Shown: positions 41,224 to 52,519 of the stretch, piece by piece | Position numbering within the stretch: the stretch's first letter is position 1 | Layout of the letters: every line of letters starts with the position of its first letter | Assembly (NCBI GenBank): GCA_963665235.2 | Contig: CAXXLX010000001.1 | Coordinates: 1,696,001-1,760,000, forward strand | Source: Candidatus Poribacteria bacterium | Lineage (GTDB): Bacteria; Poribacteria; WGA-4E; WGA-3G | Reading direction: 5' to 3' | Length of the DNA stretch: 64,000 bases | The notes under the pieces: model-generated | Seen by the model: only the letters and a program-made list of their open reading frames with translations | Told to the model about the DNA's origin: nothing | Databases searched by the model: none | Made by a program: the position numbers and the translations under genes

Positions 41224-41546
41224 TCCGCTGCTCCTTGTCTGATATACCGCTATTTTATACGTTCCTGTTAGCATTGTCAAGCGCGAATCTATTCAGGGGT
41301 GTATAAGGTTTTTGTACAAAGGATAGATGGAAGGATGGAAGAGTGGAAGGGCGGATTTCGCGTGTGTTGTCTGAATCACAGAGGACACAGAGAACACAGA
41401 GAGCGCGGAAAAAGAGGTTTTTTGCTAACATCTAACCATTTTGTGTCTAAATCGCGGATTACACAGAGGACGATGAAAGAGGAATTAGCATACCATAAAC
41501 CATTTCCAGCAGGAGTGCCTAATCTGGGAGCCAACGTACTTTACAA

Positions 41547-42125
41547 TCACCAGATGTTAGCGAGACCGTAAGTTAACTCAATATGTGCTTTCATGCCTTT
41601 ATCTGTGACCTTAACAAGATTTTTGAAGAACGCCTCAGTCTCTTGAATACCTCTACTTGTTAGGCGATTTCTCTTGCTAAGAGATTGAGTCCAAGTATTA
41701 GAGGGTATATCAAAACCGTGTGCGAAACTATGGCGTACCTCTACTATATCATCTAATTTCTGGCGTTCGATCCAGAGCAAAGTGTTGCTTGGATCATATC
41801 CTGTGTACTGGATAAGTATATTTCGGGTATTTTCAGCATTTGGCGTATTAAACCTTTTTAAGACGTTTTCTGCCCTTTGTCGGGCAATTGTGTAAATAGC
41901 TTGAAATTTAGGGGCCGACGGATCCGCTATCACGTCGTAGAAGTCACGCACAAGATTTTTTATATATGCATTCCACGCTCCAACATAAGCCGTGAGTCCT
42001 GCATGATAGTAAACCTGGACTTCATCATACGACATAGGGCGCAATCGTTTATCTGTTGCTGCTCTGCGAAGTATTTGTATACGATTCACTGAGGTTGTGT
42101 AAGTTGATGCTGCTGGTGATTTCAC
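41547..42125 (-). CDS. HEPN domain protein (RiboL-PSP-HEPN/MAE_28990-like)
   Basis: FNTPN, LDDIVEVRHSFAHG (RxxxxH). Confidence 0.8.
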   Translation of the reverse strand: MKSPAASTYTTSVNRIQILRRAATDKRLRPMSYDEVQVYYHAGLTAYVGAWNAYIKNLVRDFYDVIADPSAPKFQAIYTIARQRAENVLKRFNTPNAENTRNILIQYTGYDPSNTLLWIERQKLDDIVEVRHSFAHGFDIPSNTWTQSLSKRNRLTSRGIQETEAFFKNLVKVTDKGMKAHIELTYGLANIW

Positions 42126-42134
42126 AGGGAACCC

Positions 42135-43241
42135 TTAAAGACAATTGACAAATTCAGTGAGTGCTTTTCGATACCGCTCTAAAGGTTCAGAATTGATTTG
42201 AACCTGTTTACCGTGAACCTTATGTGGTCCGGCTCGAAGACTATTTAACGGTATTCCTTTGAGTGTCATAATCACACATGCACTGTGATAGTCAGGTATC
42301 TCTATGAACCTCTCACTTGGTAACTCTTTAGGGTTCGCATAGATCAGACGATGCTTTTCATGGAGGCTATCTAACGTTGTCTTAATAGACTCACTCACAG
42401 CCTCAAAAGCTCTACTTGCTTTGCCACGATAGATGGTTACTCGGTTACTAACAAAGGTGTGGAGTTTCGGAATATCTAAACCCTCTTCCTTTGCCCTATT
42501 GGCAAAGTTGATTCTTGCATAAGTTGCCATCTTCGGGTCGGTTTCCATACTGTGACCATAAAGCAGCGCGACGACATTCCCAACAGCCCTGCGCGAACTA
42601 TCATCAGGTGTAAAAGGCACAACAAGATTTTCAGATGCAGCGAATGCTAATTGAGTATAGATAGCAAAACTCGGATTACAGTCAAGGATAAAAAGTGTAT
42701 CTCTGTCCCCGCTCCGTTGACGTAAAGCGATTGTCAAGTCTTTAATCCAACTGAGCACTTGTCTCCATGCAGTTACTGGAAGGGCAAGCTGAGATGTTTG
42801 GCGAATCGCTTCTGAAAGGATTTCCAACAGGTAGTCGCCGCATACTAAAAGTAAATTGCCTGGCAGTTTCGCGTTGAAGTTCCGAGGTCGACACACATAG
42901 GGAGACACATTCTCGATAGGATGGAACGGAGAATTCAACCGTGCTTCAAGGTAACCTGCGACTGTAGCACGCGGTTTTTTTCCTATCAGTTTGTTTATCA
43001 CATCATAATTTTTGTGAATTACATCATAATTTTCGTCGTCGGACATTTCATCGTTAGCATCGGTCCTGATTGAGATGTCAGAATCCAGAAGCAACATCTC
43101 AGAGACACTTGCCTGCGGGCAAAGGTCTATCACATAGATATCGGTGTCCGGGTAAGTGCGGGCATATTCGGTGGCTGCGACAAAGCTTAAGAAACTTTTA
43201 CCAACCCCGCCTTTATTGTTCCAAAACGCATAAGCTGTCAT
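42135..43241 (-). CDS. ParA/Soj-family ATPase
   Basis: NNKGGVGKS, IDLCPQA, LDCNPSF, PFTPDDSS. Confidence 0.9.
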   Translation of the reverse strand: MTAYAFWNNKGGVGKSFLSFVAATEYARTYPDTDIYVIDLCPQASVSEMLLLDSDISIRTDANDEMSDDENYDVIHKNYDVINKLIGKKPRATVAGYLEARLNSPFHPIENVSPYVCRPRNFNAKLPGNLLLVCGDYLLEILSEAIRQTSQLALPVTAWRQVLSWIKDLTIALRQRSGDRDTLFILDCNPSFAIYTQLAFAASENLVVPFTPDDSSRRAVGNVVALLYGHSMETDPKMATYARINFANRAKEEGLDIPKLHTFVSNRVTIYRGKASRAFEAVSESIKTTLDSLHEKHRLIYANPKELPSERFIEIPDYHSACVIMTLKGIPLNSLRAGPHKVHGKQVQINSEPLERYRKALTEFVNCL

Positions 43242-43425
43242 AATCCCTTCCTTTCTCAAAAAAGTGAAAACGTTTAACCTCGTTTAGAATTTTAACACAA
43301 ATTGGTACGAATGTCAAAAGATTTTTGCCTTTTGTTTTTGAAAAAAAATCGTCAATTTCACAGAAACGTGATATAATGTTTATCAGAAACCTATTTAGCG
43401 ATTAAAAGTTTGGAGATGTGAAAAA

Positions 43426-45017
43426 ATGCGTCGTTTCGAAACTCAAGGCCGTGTGTATCCTGAACATAACTACTTCGTCCCTCGCACCTCGGAGGTCAAG
43501 GATTTTATTGCCCGTGCCAAAGCGGGACGGTATATCGTCCTCTTCGCACCACGACAGACCGGGAAAACAACCTTCTTCCGATTAGCACTTGATGAACTCG
43601 CGCACAACGATGCAACCTATCTTCCAATTTATCTCAATTTTGAGGTGTACGAAGACTGCACACCTTCAGATTTCTACGGGGGCCTTGCAGAGGATATACA
43701 TGAGAAAATTGTGGAGGTTTTTCAGACGCAGGGAGAGGCGTTGCCGGAGACGCTAACGCATTTTTTAGAGAATGCACAGCTAACAGACCAACTTTCAATG
43801 CGAAGATTCTTCAGAGAATTGGCACGTTTTCTGAAGGACCGGCGGGTTGTCCTCATCATTGACGAGTTTGATGCCATTCCGCGTGGTGCATTGAAAGGAT
43901 TTCTCCGTTGGCTCCGGGATACCTATCTATCGGGCAAGACGCGATGTCCGCATAGCGTCTGTCTTGTCGGCGTTAAGAGCATCATGCAACTTGACTATGA
44001 CAGGTCCATTTCCCCCTTCAATATCCAAGATGAGTTTCACCTACCCAATTTTACGTTGGAACAAGTGTGCGAACTCCTATCACAATATACTGATGAAGTC
44101 GGACAAGCCTTCGCATCGGAGGTCATCACGTCTCTCTATAAACAGACTGCCGGGCAACCCTTCCTCGTCAACCGAATAGCGCAAATACTCACTGAAGAAT
44201 TGGATATTCCGAAACGGAGACGCTGACAATGATGCACTTCGCACGGGCACACAAGCAACTCCTAACGGAAAGGAATACGAACATTGAGCATCTAAGAACG
44301 AATGTCCGACGGGACCGGCGTTTTGAAAAGATTCTATTGCGTATCGCTTCTTATGAAAAAGGTCTACGCTTCAATCCAGATGATGACCTTATGAACGACC
44401 TTGTAACTTATGGGGTTATCAGGGAAGCGGCTGATGGTATGTGTGAGATTATCAACCCAATTTATCAGCATCGTATCCTACAGATATTCAAACCGACCTT
44501 TAACGGACTTGAAGACATATACTTCCCCGAAGACTCCGATGTGAATTTTATTGATTATCTCACATCTACAGGTGAACTCAAGATGGAGCCGCTACTCAAT
44601 AATTTCCAAGCGTTCATCGCACGCGCTGGGTTCCGTATCCTACAGGTGCCGAAGACACCTCAAGAATATGTCGGGCAAAATCTACTTTATGCCTATCTGG
44701 ATCACTTTGTTCATATTGTGGGCGCGGCTATGTTTTTAGAAGTTCAAACGGGACGGGGTAGAATAGACCTCCTTATTCTCCACAATCAGCAAAAGTACAT
44801 CATTGAGACAAAGATATGGGAGGGAAATAGCTACTACCAAGCTGGTAAAAAGCAGCTATCAGCCTATCTCAAATTGGAGGGGGCAGCCGAGGGATACTAT
44901 ATCGTCTTCGACCACCGCATGAATTCAATACCGCAGAGAGAAATAGAAACCGTGGATGGTGTGAAGATTCGGAGTTATGTCATTCCTGTGATGCAAGAAC
45001 GTCCCTCAGCCGTTTAG
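43426..45017 (+). pseudogene. AAA-like ATPase plus PD-(D/E)XK nuclease, frameshifted (copy 1)
   Basis: Paralogue of 45148-46740; one A missing at about 44212 (CCGAAACGG vs CCCAAAACG) splits it into 43426-44226 and 44229-45017. Confidence 0.85.
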
Positions 45018-45147
45018 ATGAAAAAGGATTTTGGACTTACGTCTCTTCTGCTTCTGGAAAGAGCGCAGCTAACCGCGCATTCACAGAAACGTGATATAAT
45101 GTTTATCAGAAACCTATTTAGCGAGCAAAACCTGGAGATGTGAAAAA

Positions 45148-46740
45148 ATGCGCCGTTTCGAAACTCAAGGCCGTGTGTATCCTGAACATAACTACTTTGT
45201 CCCTCGAACCTCGGAGGTCAAGGATTTTATTACCCGTGCCAAAGCGGGACGATATATCGTCCTCTTCGCACCCCGGCAGACCGGGAAAACAACCTTCTTC
45301 CGATTAGCACTTGATGAACTCGCGCACAACGATGCAACCTATTTTCCACTTTATCTCAATTTTGAGGCGTATGAAGACTGTAACCCTTCAGATTTTTACG
45401 GGGGACTCACAGAGGATATACATCAGAAAATTGTGGAGGTTTTTCAGACGCGGGGAGAGGCGTTGCCAGAAACACTAACACATTTTTTGGAGAACGTTCA
45501 ACTAACCGATCATCTCTCAACGCGAAGATTCTTCAGAGAATTGGCACGTTTTCTGAAAGACCAGCGGGTTGTCCTCATCATTGACGAGTTTGATGCCATT
45601 CCGCGTGAGGCATTGAAAGGGTTTCTACGTTGGCTCCGCGATACCTATCTATCGGGCAAGACACGATGTCCGCATAGCGTCTGTCTTGTTGGTGTTAAGA
45701 ATATCACACAACTTGACTATGACAGGTCTATTTCGCCTTTCAATATTCAAGAGGAGTTTCACCTGCCCAATTTCACGCTTGAACAGGTGACCGAACTCTT
45801 ATCACAATATACCGAAGAAGTCGGACAAGTCTTTGCATCGGAGGTCATCACGTCTCTCCATAAACAGACTGCCGGGCAACCCTTCCTCGTCAACCGAATA
45901 GCACAAATACTCACTGAAGAATTGAGTATTCCCAAAACGGAGACAATCACCCTATCCCATTTTGCGACAGCACACGCGCTACTTCTTGAGGAAGACAATA
46001 CGAACCTCACACACCTGATAACCAATATCCGTAGAGACCGCCGTTTCGAAAACTTCCTCATGGAAATTCTCAATTCCGATGAAGGGGTCCGATTCAACCT
46101 ACGGAATCCACTTATTAATGAATTAGCCACTTATGGGGTCATCACAAAAGGTGCGGACAATCTTTGTGAAATTGTTAACCCGATTTATCTCTATTGCATC
46201 ATTCAGGCGTTCAAACCAGCAGTGAATGGATTGGAGCGGGCTTATTTCCCTGAAGGACAGCTGACCGGCTTTCATACATATCTCACCTCTACCGGAGATG
46301 TTGCTATGGAGGCGTTATTGGATAACTTCCGAGATTTCATCGCACGCGCAGGATATAAGATATTGGAGGTTCCAGAAACGCCACAAGAATATGTCGGGCA
46401 GCACCTGCTCTTTTCCTATCTTGAACTATTTGTCGGGATAGTAGGCGGGGGGTTGTTCCTTGAAGTCCAAACTGGGCGTGGTAAAATAGACCTTCTCATT
46501 AGTCACAACCATCAAAAATACATCGTTGAGACGAAGATATGGCGGGGCTTAGTTCACTATGAGGCGGGCAAAAAACAGCTTGCCGCGTATGTGAATTTAG
46601 CGGGTGCGGTAGGTGGATATTATATCATTTTTGACCATCGGCACTCCCCAGAATCGCGGATAGAAACAGAGACGATTGACGGTGTAAAGATTCGGAGTTA
46701 TGTCATTCCTGTGATGCAGGAACGTCCCTCAGCCGTTTAG
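45148..46740 (+). CDS. AAA-like ATPase plus C-terminal PD-(D/E)XK nuclease (copy 2, intact)
   Basis: APRQTGKTT, IIDEFD, SPFNI, GQPFLVN, EVQTGRGKIDL...VETK. Confidence 0.9.
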   Translation: MRRFETQGRVYPEHNYFVPRTSEVKDFITRAKAGRYIVLFAPRQTGKTTFFRLALDELAHNDATYFPLYLNFEAYEDCNPSDFYGGLTEDIHQKIVEVFQTRGEALPETLTHFLENVQLTDHLSTRRFFRELARFLKDQRVVLIIDEFDAIPREALKGFLRWLRDTYLSGKTRCPHSVCLVGVKNITQLDYDRSISPFNIQEEFHLPNFTLEQVTELLSQYTEEVGQVFASEVITSLHKQTAGQPFLVNRIAQILTEELSIPKTETITLSHFATAHALLLEEDNTNLTHLITNIRRDRRFENFLMEILNSDEGVRFNLRNPLINELATYGVITKGADNLCEIVNPIYLYCIIQAFKPAVNGLERAYFPEGQLTGFHTYLTSTGDVAMEALLDNFRDFIARAGYKILEVPETPQEYVGQHLLFSYLELFVGIVGGGLFLEVQTGRGKIDLLISHNHQKYIVETKIWRGLVHYEAGKKQLAAYVNLAGAVGGYYIIFDHRHSPESRIETETIDGVKIRSYVIPVMQERPSAV

Positions 46741-46759
46741 ATGAAAAAGGATTTTGGAC

Positions 46760-47587
46760 TTACGTCTCTTCTGCTTCTGGAAAGAGCGCAGCTAACCGCG
46801 CAGCAAAACGGAACGCGCTATTGTCCTCTGGCGCATAACCTATGACCTTCCGGGCATTGGTAATACTCCAGAACTTATGCGAATTGTCGCTGATACCGTA
46901 GAAAATCTGGAACGGAATTCCGTTTTCGTCCGTTATATCTTCTGTTTCAATACTCTTAACGAAGAGTTGCACCTGATCACGGCTGCTTAAGTATGCCCCA
47001 AGTGCGCGGTGCATCTTCTGATAATTGTCTTCGGTGACATCCTCCATATCTGTCTCTCGCGGAGCCCCGATACGTATCTGTATATTCTGGAGTTTCTTAC
47101 TTTTTCTGTGTCCCGAAGCGAAAACGAACCCGAGATGCTCGTAAGCCTCTTTTGCCCACCCGTAAAAGTTATCTGACAACGGACGCATCTCCGGGGTAAC
47201 AAAATCCCATTTGCCTGCCCAGATGAGCCGTTCATAGTAGTCGGCGGCGTGATTGGAACTACAGACAACGACGCGCCGAACATCGGTGTCAAGACTGGTT
47301 TGATAGATGTTATATGCCATCTGAATATTGTTGAGTTCGTCTTGAAATCCGCCGCCTCGGAACGCACAGTGAATGACTGCGTCAACCCCTTCGAAATGGT
47401 GTCGATATATGTCCCTATTGGGGTCGCTCAGTTCAGCGATTTGGATACCTTCGACCTCCTCGCCTTGCCGATTCGTTGTTTTCACGTCTAGGAGGATAAG
47501 TTCGTACCGTTCGCGAAATGTGGGGAGCATTCTTCCGGCAATATAACCAGCGGCTCCGGTGATTAGGACTTTTCTACGGTTTTGCAT
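46760..47587 (-). CDS. NAD-dependent epimerase/dehydratase (uronate dehydrogenase-like)
   Basis: ITGAAGYIA, SSNHA, YGWAK, IRIG. Confidence 0.88.
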   Translation of the reverse strand: MQNRRKVLITGAAGYIAGRMLPTFRERYELILLDVKTTNRQGEEVEGIQIAELSDPNRDIYRHHFEGVDAVIHCAFRGGGFQDELNNIQMAYNIYQTSLDTDVRRVVVCSSNHAADYYERLIWAGKWDFVTPEMRPLSDNFYGWAKEAYEHLGFVFASGHRKSKKLQNIQIRIGAPRETDMEDVTEDNYQKMHRALGAYLSSRDQVQLFVKSIETEDITDENGIPFQIFYGISDNSHKFWSITNARKVIGYAPEDNSAFRFAARLAALFPEAEET

Positions 47588-47622
47588 TTTCGACTCCTTC
47601 CAGCATTGTTTTGAGACCATAT

Positions 47623-48429
47623 TTAGGAAGTTGATTTTTGTGCTGCGATTTTTTGTTTTTGCTCCCTCAGTTTTTCTTGTATTTCGAGTTTTAGCCGAGA
47701 GAACAATTGATCCGATTCAGGTAACGTAATTGCATCGTTGTACAGACCATGGTAACTAACAGTAGCGTTCCGAAATCCCTGACTGGGTTTATTTAGAAAA
47801 CGAACGAGTAACTCAAAAAGCAGCTTTCCTCGAAGTTGAAGATTATATGCTGCCCTTATGTCTTTAACCCTCTGATGCTCTAAAGGGAGAAAATCTAAAC
47901 CAGATGCCAAAGTAGTTTTTCCAAGCGGAATAACTTTATTTAAACGATGTGCAACCTCCACATATTCCTCATCTCGGATGGACTTAAAGGTTTTTCCTAG
48001 GTTCTTCCCTAAATATTCTTCCACTTTATAGGCAAACCACATGCTAATTGAATCTAGCGTTTGATTGTATTCTATCTTATTTCCTACGCGACCCTTTAAA
48101 TTGACATGTGAGTACAGATCGTTTTCAATGCTATATCCTTCTGTCCAAATAATGTCGTTATATTGAGCCGGGATGCCTCTGAATAACCACATATCCTGAT
48201 CTGCGATAAAAGCAACAGGCACGTTGGCAAATTCACTTCTGCGCTCATAAACCTGAAGTAATTGTGGCCTTCCCCCTGCATACAGAACTTCTGCTGTTAT
48301 TTCCATTCGTTCGATTAATTCTCGATAGATGATTTGATCATCTTTCCCCTCAACGACAATATTAGGTACCCCAGAATGTTTCAGAGCCCCAACTACTACG
48401 TTTACTGTCATAGGATTTGGTGTTGGCAT
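47623..48429 (-). CDS. ariB: PARIS effector AriB (DUF4435/TOPRIM)
   Basis: IVVEGKDD, IADQD, YSIEN motifs; downstream of an ABC ATPase. Confidence 0.8.
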   Translation of the reverse strand: MPTPNPMTVNVVVGALKHSGVPNIVVEGKDDQIIYRELIERMEITAEVLYAGGRPQLLQVYERRSEFANVPVAFIADQDMWLFRGIPAQYNDIIWTEGYSIENDLYSHVNLKGRVGNKIEYNQTLDSISMWFAYKVEEYLGKNLGKTFKSIRDEEYVEVAHRLNKVIPLGKTTLASGLDFLPLEHQRVKDIRAAYNLQLRGKLLFELLVRFLNKPSQGFRNATVSYHGLYNDAITLPESDQLFSRLKLEIQEKLREQKQKIAAQKSTS

Positions 48430-48449
48430 TTAGATTCTCCTTTGATATA

Positions 48450-49574
48450 TTACGACTCATCAAACGGAAGTTCCTTGTCCGGGTACTGGGTATAGATAAA
48501 AGGTGAGTGTGTCGCGATGAAAAATTGATTGCCTGTCGCTTGTTGAAGCAAAACCCGTAGCAAGGAACGCTGCCAGTCCAAGTGCAGGCTTAGCTCCGGT
48601 TCATCAATGAAAATCGCTGTATCACTACTAAACGCGTTGTAGCACAGAAAACTGAGCATCTGTTTCTCCCCAGAAGAGAGCTGATCTGAGGGTCTGGTAC
48701 CGTTTTCCTTTCCAAGCGTAAACCCTTCAGCGACTTTAATTCCACTAGAAAAAATCCTATCAACAAAATCGTTTAAAGACGTTAAGGGTTTGCGTAACTC
48801 CTCTACCTCAGAAGCAGCTTCAGCAAGCTTTTGGCGAATCTGCTCCAAGATAGAATTAGTCTCTTGGAGTTCTGAAATAGGGTTGGCGGGGATTTTTTCT
48901 TCAAACTCACCTGACAAGTCTGCATAGATTGCATTTATCTTCTCAGAAATCTCAATATGTTCCTGCGGAACCAGTTCGACTATATCGTTTGTTGAAAATG
49001 AAACAACGAATTTATGATTGCCGACAGATCTCATATCCGCGAATTGTGCTATTACATCTTGAAGTGTTTTTGTTTCCCTTGTCGGGGCGTGTCCAGAACT
49101 CGTTTCTCGTCTTATTCGTCCAGGGGAACTAGATTCTGGAATTCGAGAAAAACCGCCTTCAATTCTTCTAAAACTTGGAAAGAATAGGCTGCTCTTCATA
49201 GTTTCCATTATACCTGCTTTGAGATCTGCACATTTCGTGTCAACATCTTCGTAATTGGTAATTAGCTCCTGGTCATATTCGTAATCGGTAGCTAGCTCAG
49301 GTTCATGTTCACCCGAAAAAGACCATCTAATAAGAAATTTATCGGCCTCATTGGTAATAGATAATTTAAATTGGCTGGTAGCAACCGAAACGAAGTCAAA
49401 CCTGATGCCAAGGGCACGTTCAATTTGGCCGCTGAAGAGGTACCATATTAGTTGCAGCAGCGTCGTCTTGCCTGAACCGTTTGCTCCGGTAATAATGTTC
49501 AAGTCTTCATTGAATTCTAACGTTGTGTTAACCTCGCCATTCAAGCCTTCAACTTCAAATCTTTCGATAATCAA
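48450..49574 (-). CDS. ariA: PARIS sensor AriA (AAA_15/21 ABC ATPase)
   Basis: GANGSGKT, LSSGEKQ, IDEPELSLH, ATHSP. Confidence 0.82.
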   Translation of the reverse strand: MIIERFEVEGLNGEVNTTLEFNEDLNIITGANGSGKTTLLQLIWYLFSGQIERALGIRFDFVSVATSQFKLSITNEADKFLIRWSFSGEHEPELATDYEYDQELITNYEDVDTKCADLKAGIMETMKSSLFFPSFRRIEGGFSRIPESSSPGRIRRETSSGHAPTRETKTLQDVIAQFADMRSVGNHKFVVSFSTNDIVELVPQEHIEISEKINAIYADLSGEFEEKIPANPISELQETNSILEQIRQKLAEAASEVEELRKPLTSLNDFVDRIFSSGIKVAEGFTLGKENGTRPSDQLSSGEKQMLSFLCYNAFSSDTAIFIDEPELSLHLDWQRSLLRVLLQQATGNQFFIATHSPFIYTQYPDKELPFDES

Positions 49575-49740
49575 CGGTATGCCCTCTCAATCTGAATGTT
49601 CACAAATCTAACTACGGGATAGTCCTCGTCAGTACTAGTCAGTACTAGGAAGGGACGTAGAGTTCTCACAAGCAAGTGTTTTTTGAAAAAACTATACCTA
49701 TACCTAAACTTACGTTTCAAGTGAAGAGTCAGAAATTTTC

Positions 49741-49769
49741 TTGCAATTCAGTAGTATTTATAGTATAAT
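49741..49769 (+). promoter_or_regulatory. sigma70 promoter of csm2-csm3-csm5
   Basis: TTGCAA-17 bp-TATAAT. Confidence 0.65.
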
Positions 49770-49789
49770 TATACTGGAAGTTTGCATAA

Positions 49790-51161
<1,372 letters not shown>

Positions 51162-51230
51162 GGTTCAAAACCCTGCCTTGTATCAGCTAGCGATTTGATT
51201 TAAAGCCAGGGAAAACGAAGGAACGCCGGC

Positions 51231-52409
51231 ATGAAACAGAAATATCAGATTGAAACTGTCACGCCTGTTCACATCGGTTCAGGTGAAACGTTGAACCATA
51301 TAAATGGTTACTACACCAACGGGAAGTGGTATCACATCGATTTGGAACGCGTCTTGGCGCATCCAAGTGCCGATGCCAATGTCTTAACGAGCGACATGGG
51401 GCAACGCAATTTCCGGTGGGAACGTTACCTTCGTCAGCACAATATGAATCCCGCGGAACTTTCTGCTTCTAGTTTTCCATGTCCACAAAACCCCGAAGAG
51501 GTTGAAATCCGGGAGGCGATCAAGGTGACTCATGATCAGCCTTTTATTCCAGGAAGCACACTCAAAGGTGCAATTCGGACAGCCCTATTATGGGAAATCC
51601 TGAATCAAAGCAGTGACGTTTATGAAAAGAGTCAAGAGCATTTGAACGAACTGATAAAGCGAGGCTCTCGTGGGAATCCCAGAAGAGAGCAACCTGCACG
51701 GCGGATAGAGACTCTCGCTTTCAGTAGTGATCCGAAACGCGGAGATCCGAATAGAGACCTTTTCCGCGCGTTACAGGTGAGTGATACTGCCCCACTTGAG
51801 AGTGATGCGCTTGAGATTGGCATGGCCTGGACGATGACGATTAATCGAAACAACAAACTCGTCCAGAAAATAGACAGAGGACGAGAGTATAAAAACTTCG
51901 TGCAGCAGATTCAAACGGGGCAGCGTCTGACGTTTACTCTCAAGATTGACGAGATGCTTTTCCGAGAAGACGAAAAGAATCGACTCAGTTTTACTGACCT
52001 ACAGCAGAAAACGCTCCAAGATATAGCGGAGGTGTGTCGCTCGGTAACCGACCAGCTCATGAAAAGTGAACGGGACTTCTTTTCCTACTATAGCCTCCCA
52101 GAAATCGCGAACATCTATGATAAACTCATCTCTTTAAATAGGAACCTCCCAGAAGGGGCATTCCTTTTGCAAATTGGGTGGGGCACCGGCTATCAAGCCA
52201 AAACCGTTTCGGCTGTTTTTACAGATGACGCAGAATTGCCTGTAAACTGGATGGACCTGCGTGAACGTTTTCGGTTAGGTGAGAGTCGTTCCCGACGCGG
52301 GCACTACGACGAACGCGAGTTCCCAAAAACACGGCGGATTTTATATCGTGGACAAAATCCGATTGCCCCCTTCGGTTGGATTAAAATTTCACCAGATGAA
52401 ACTGCTTGA
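51231..52409 (+). CDS. csm5: Type III-A RAMP Csm5
   Basis: TPVHIGSG, PFIPGSTLKGAIRTA, LQVSD, IGWGTGY..KT, PFGW. Confidence 0.93.
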   Translation: MKQKYQIETVTPVHIGSGETLNHINGYYTNGKWYHIDLERVLAHPSADANVLTSDMGQRNFRWERYLRQHNMNPAELSASSFPCPQNPEEVEIREAIKVTHDQPFIPGSTLKGAIRTALLWEILNQSSDVYEKSQEHLNELIKRGSRGNPRREQPARRIETLAFSSDPKRGDPNRDLFRALQVSDTAPLESDALEIGMAWTMTINRNNKLVQKIDRGREYKNFVQQIQTGQRLTFTLKIDEMLFREDEKNRLSFTDLQQKTLQDIAEVCRSVTDQLMKSERDFFSYYSLPEIANIYDKLISLNRNLPEGAFLLQIGWGTGYQAKTVSAVFTDDAELPVNWMDLRERFRLGESRSRRGHYDEREFPKTRRILYRGQNPIAPFGWIKISPDETA

Positions 52410-52434
52410 CAAAAAATGCCAGAGATGCTAAATT
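52406..52434 (+). promoter_or_regulatory. Internal sigma70 promoter upstream of cas10
   Basis: TTGACA-17 bp-TAAATT with TGn extended -10. Confidence 0.6.
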
Positions 52435-52519
52435 TAGTGTCCTAGCTTTGATAGTTCCGCGCCTCAAATATTGGTGCCGGAAGCACGGACACCTTAAACA
52501 ATTAACTGGACGAAACATC

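Noticed and set aside
42135-43241. Chromosome or plasmid partition locus
   Set aside because: No parB or evident parS; the partner gene is a HEPN protein
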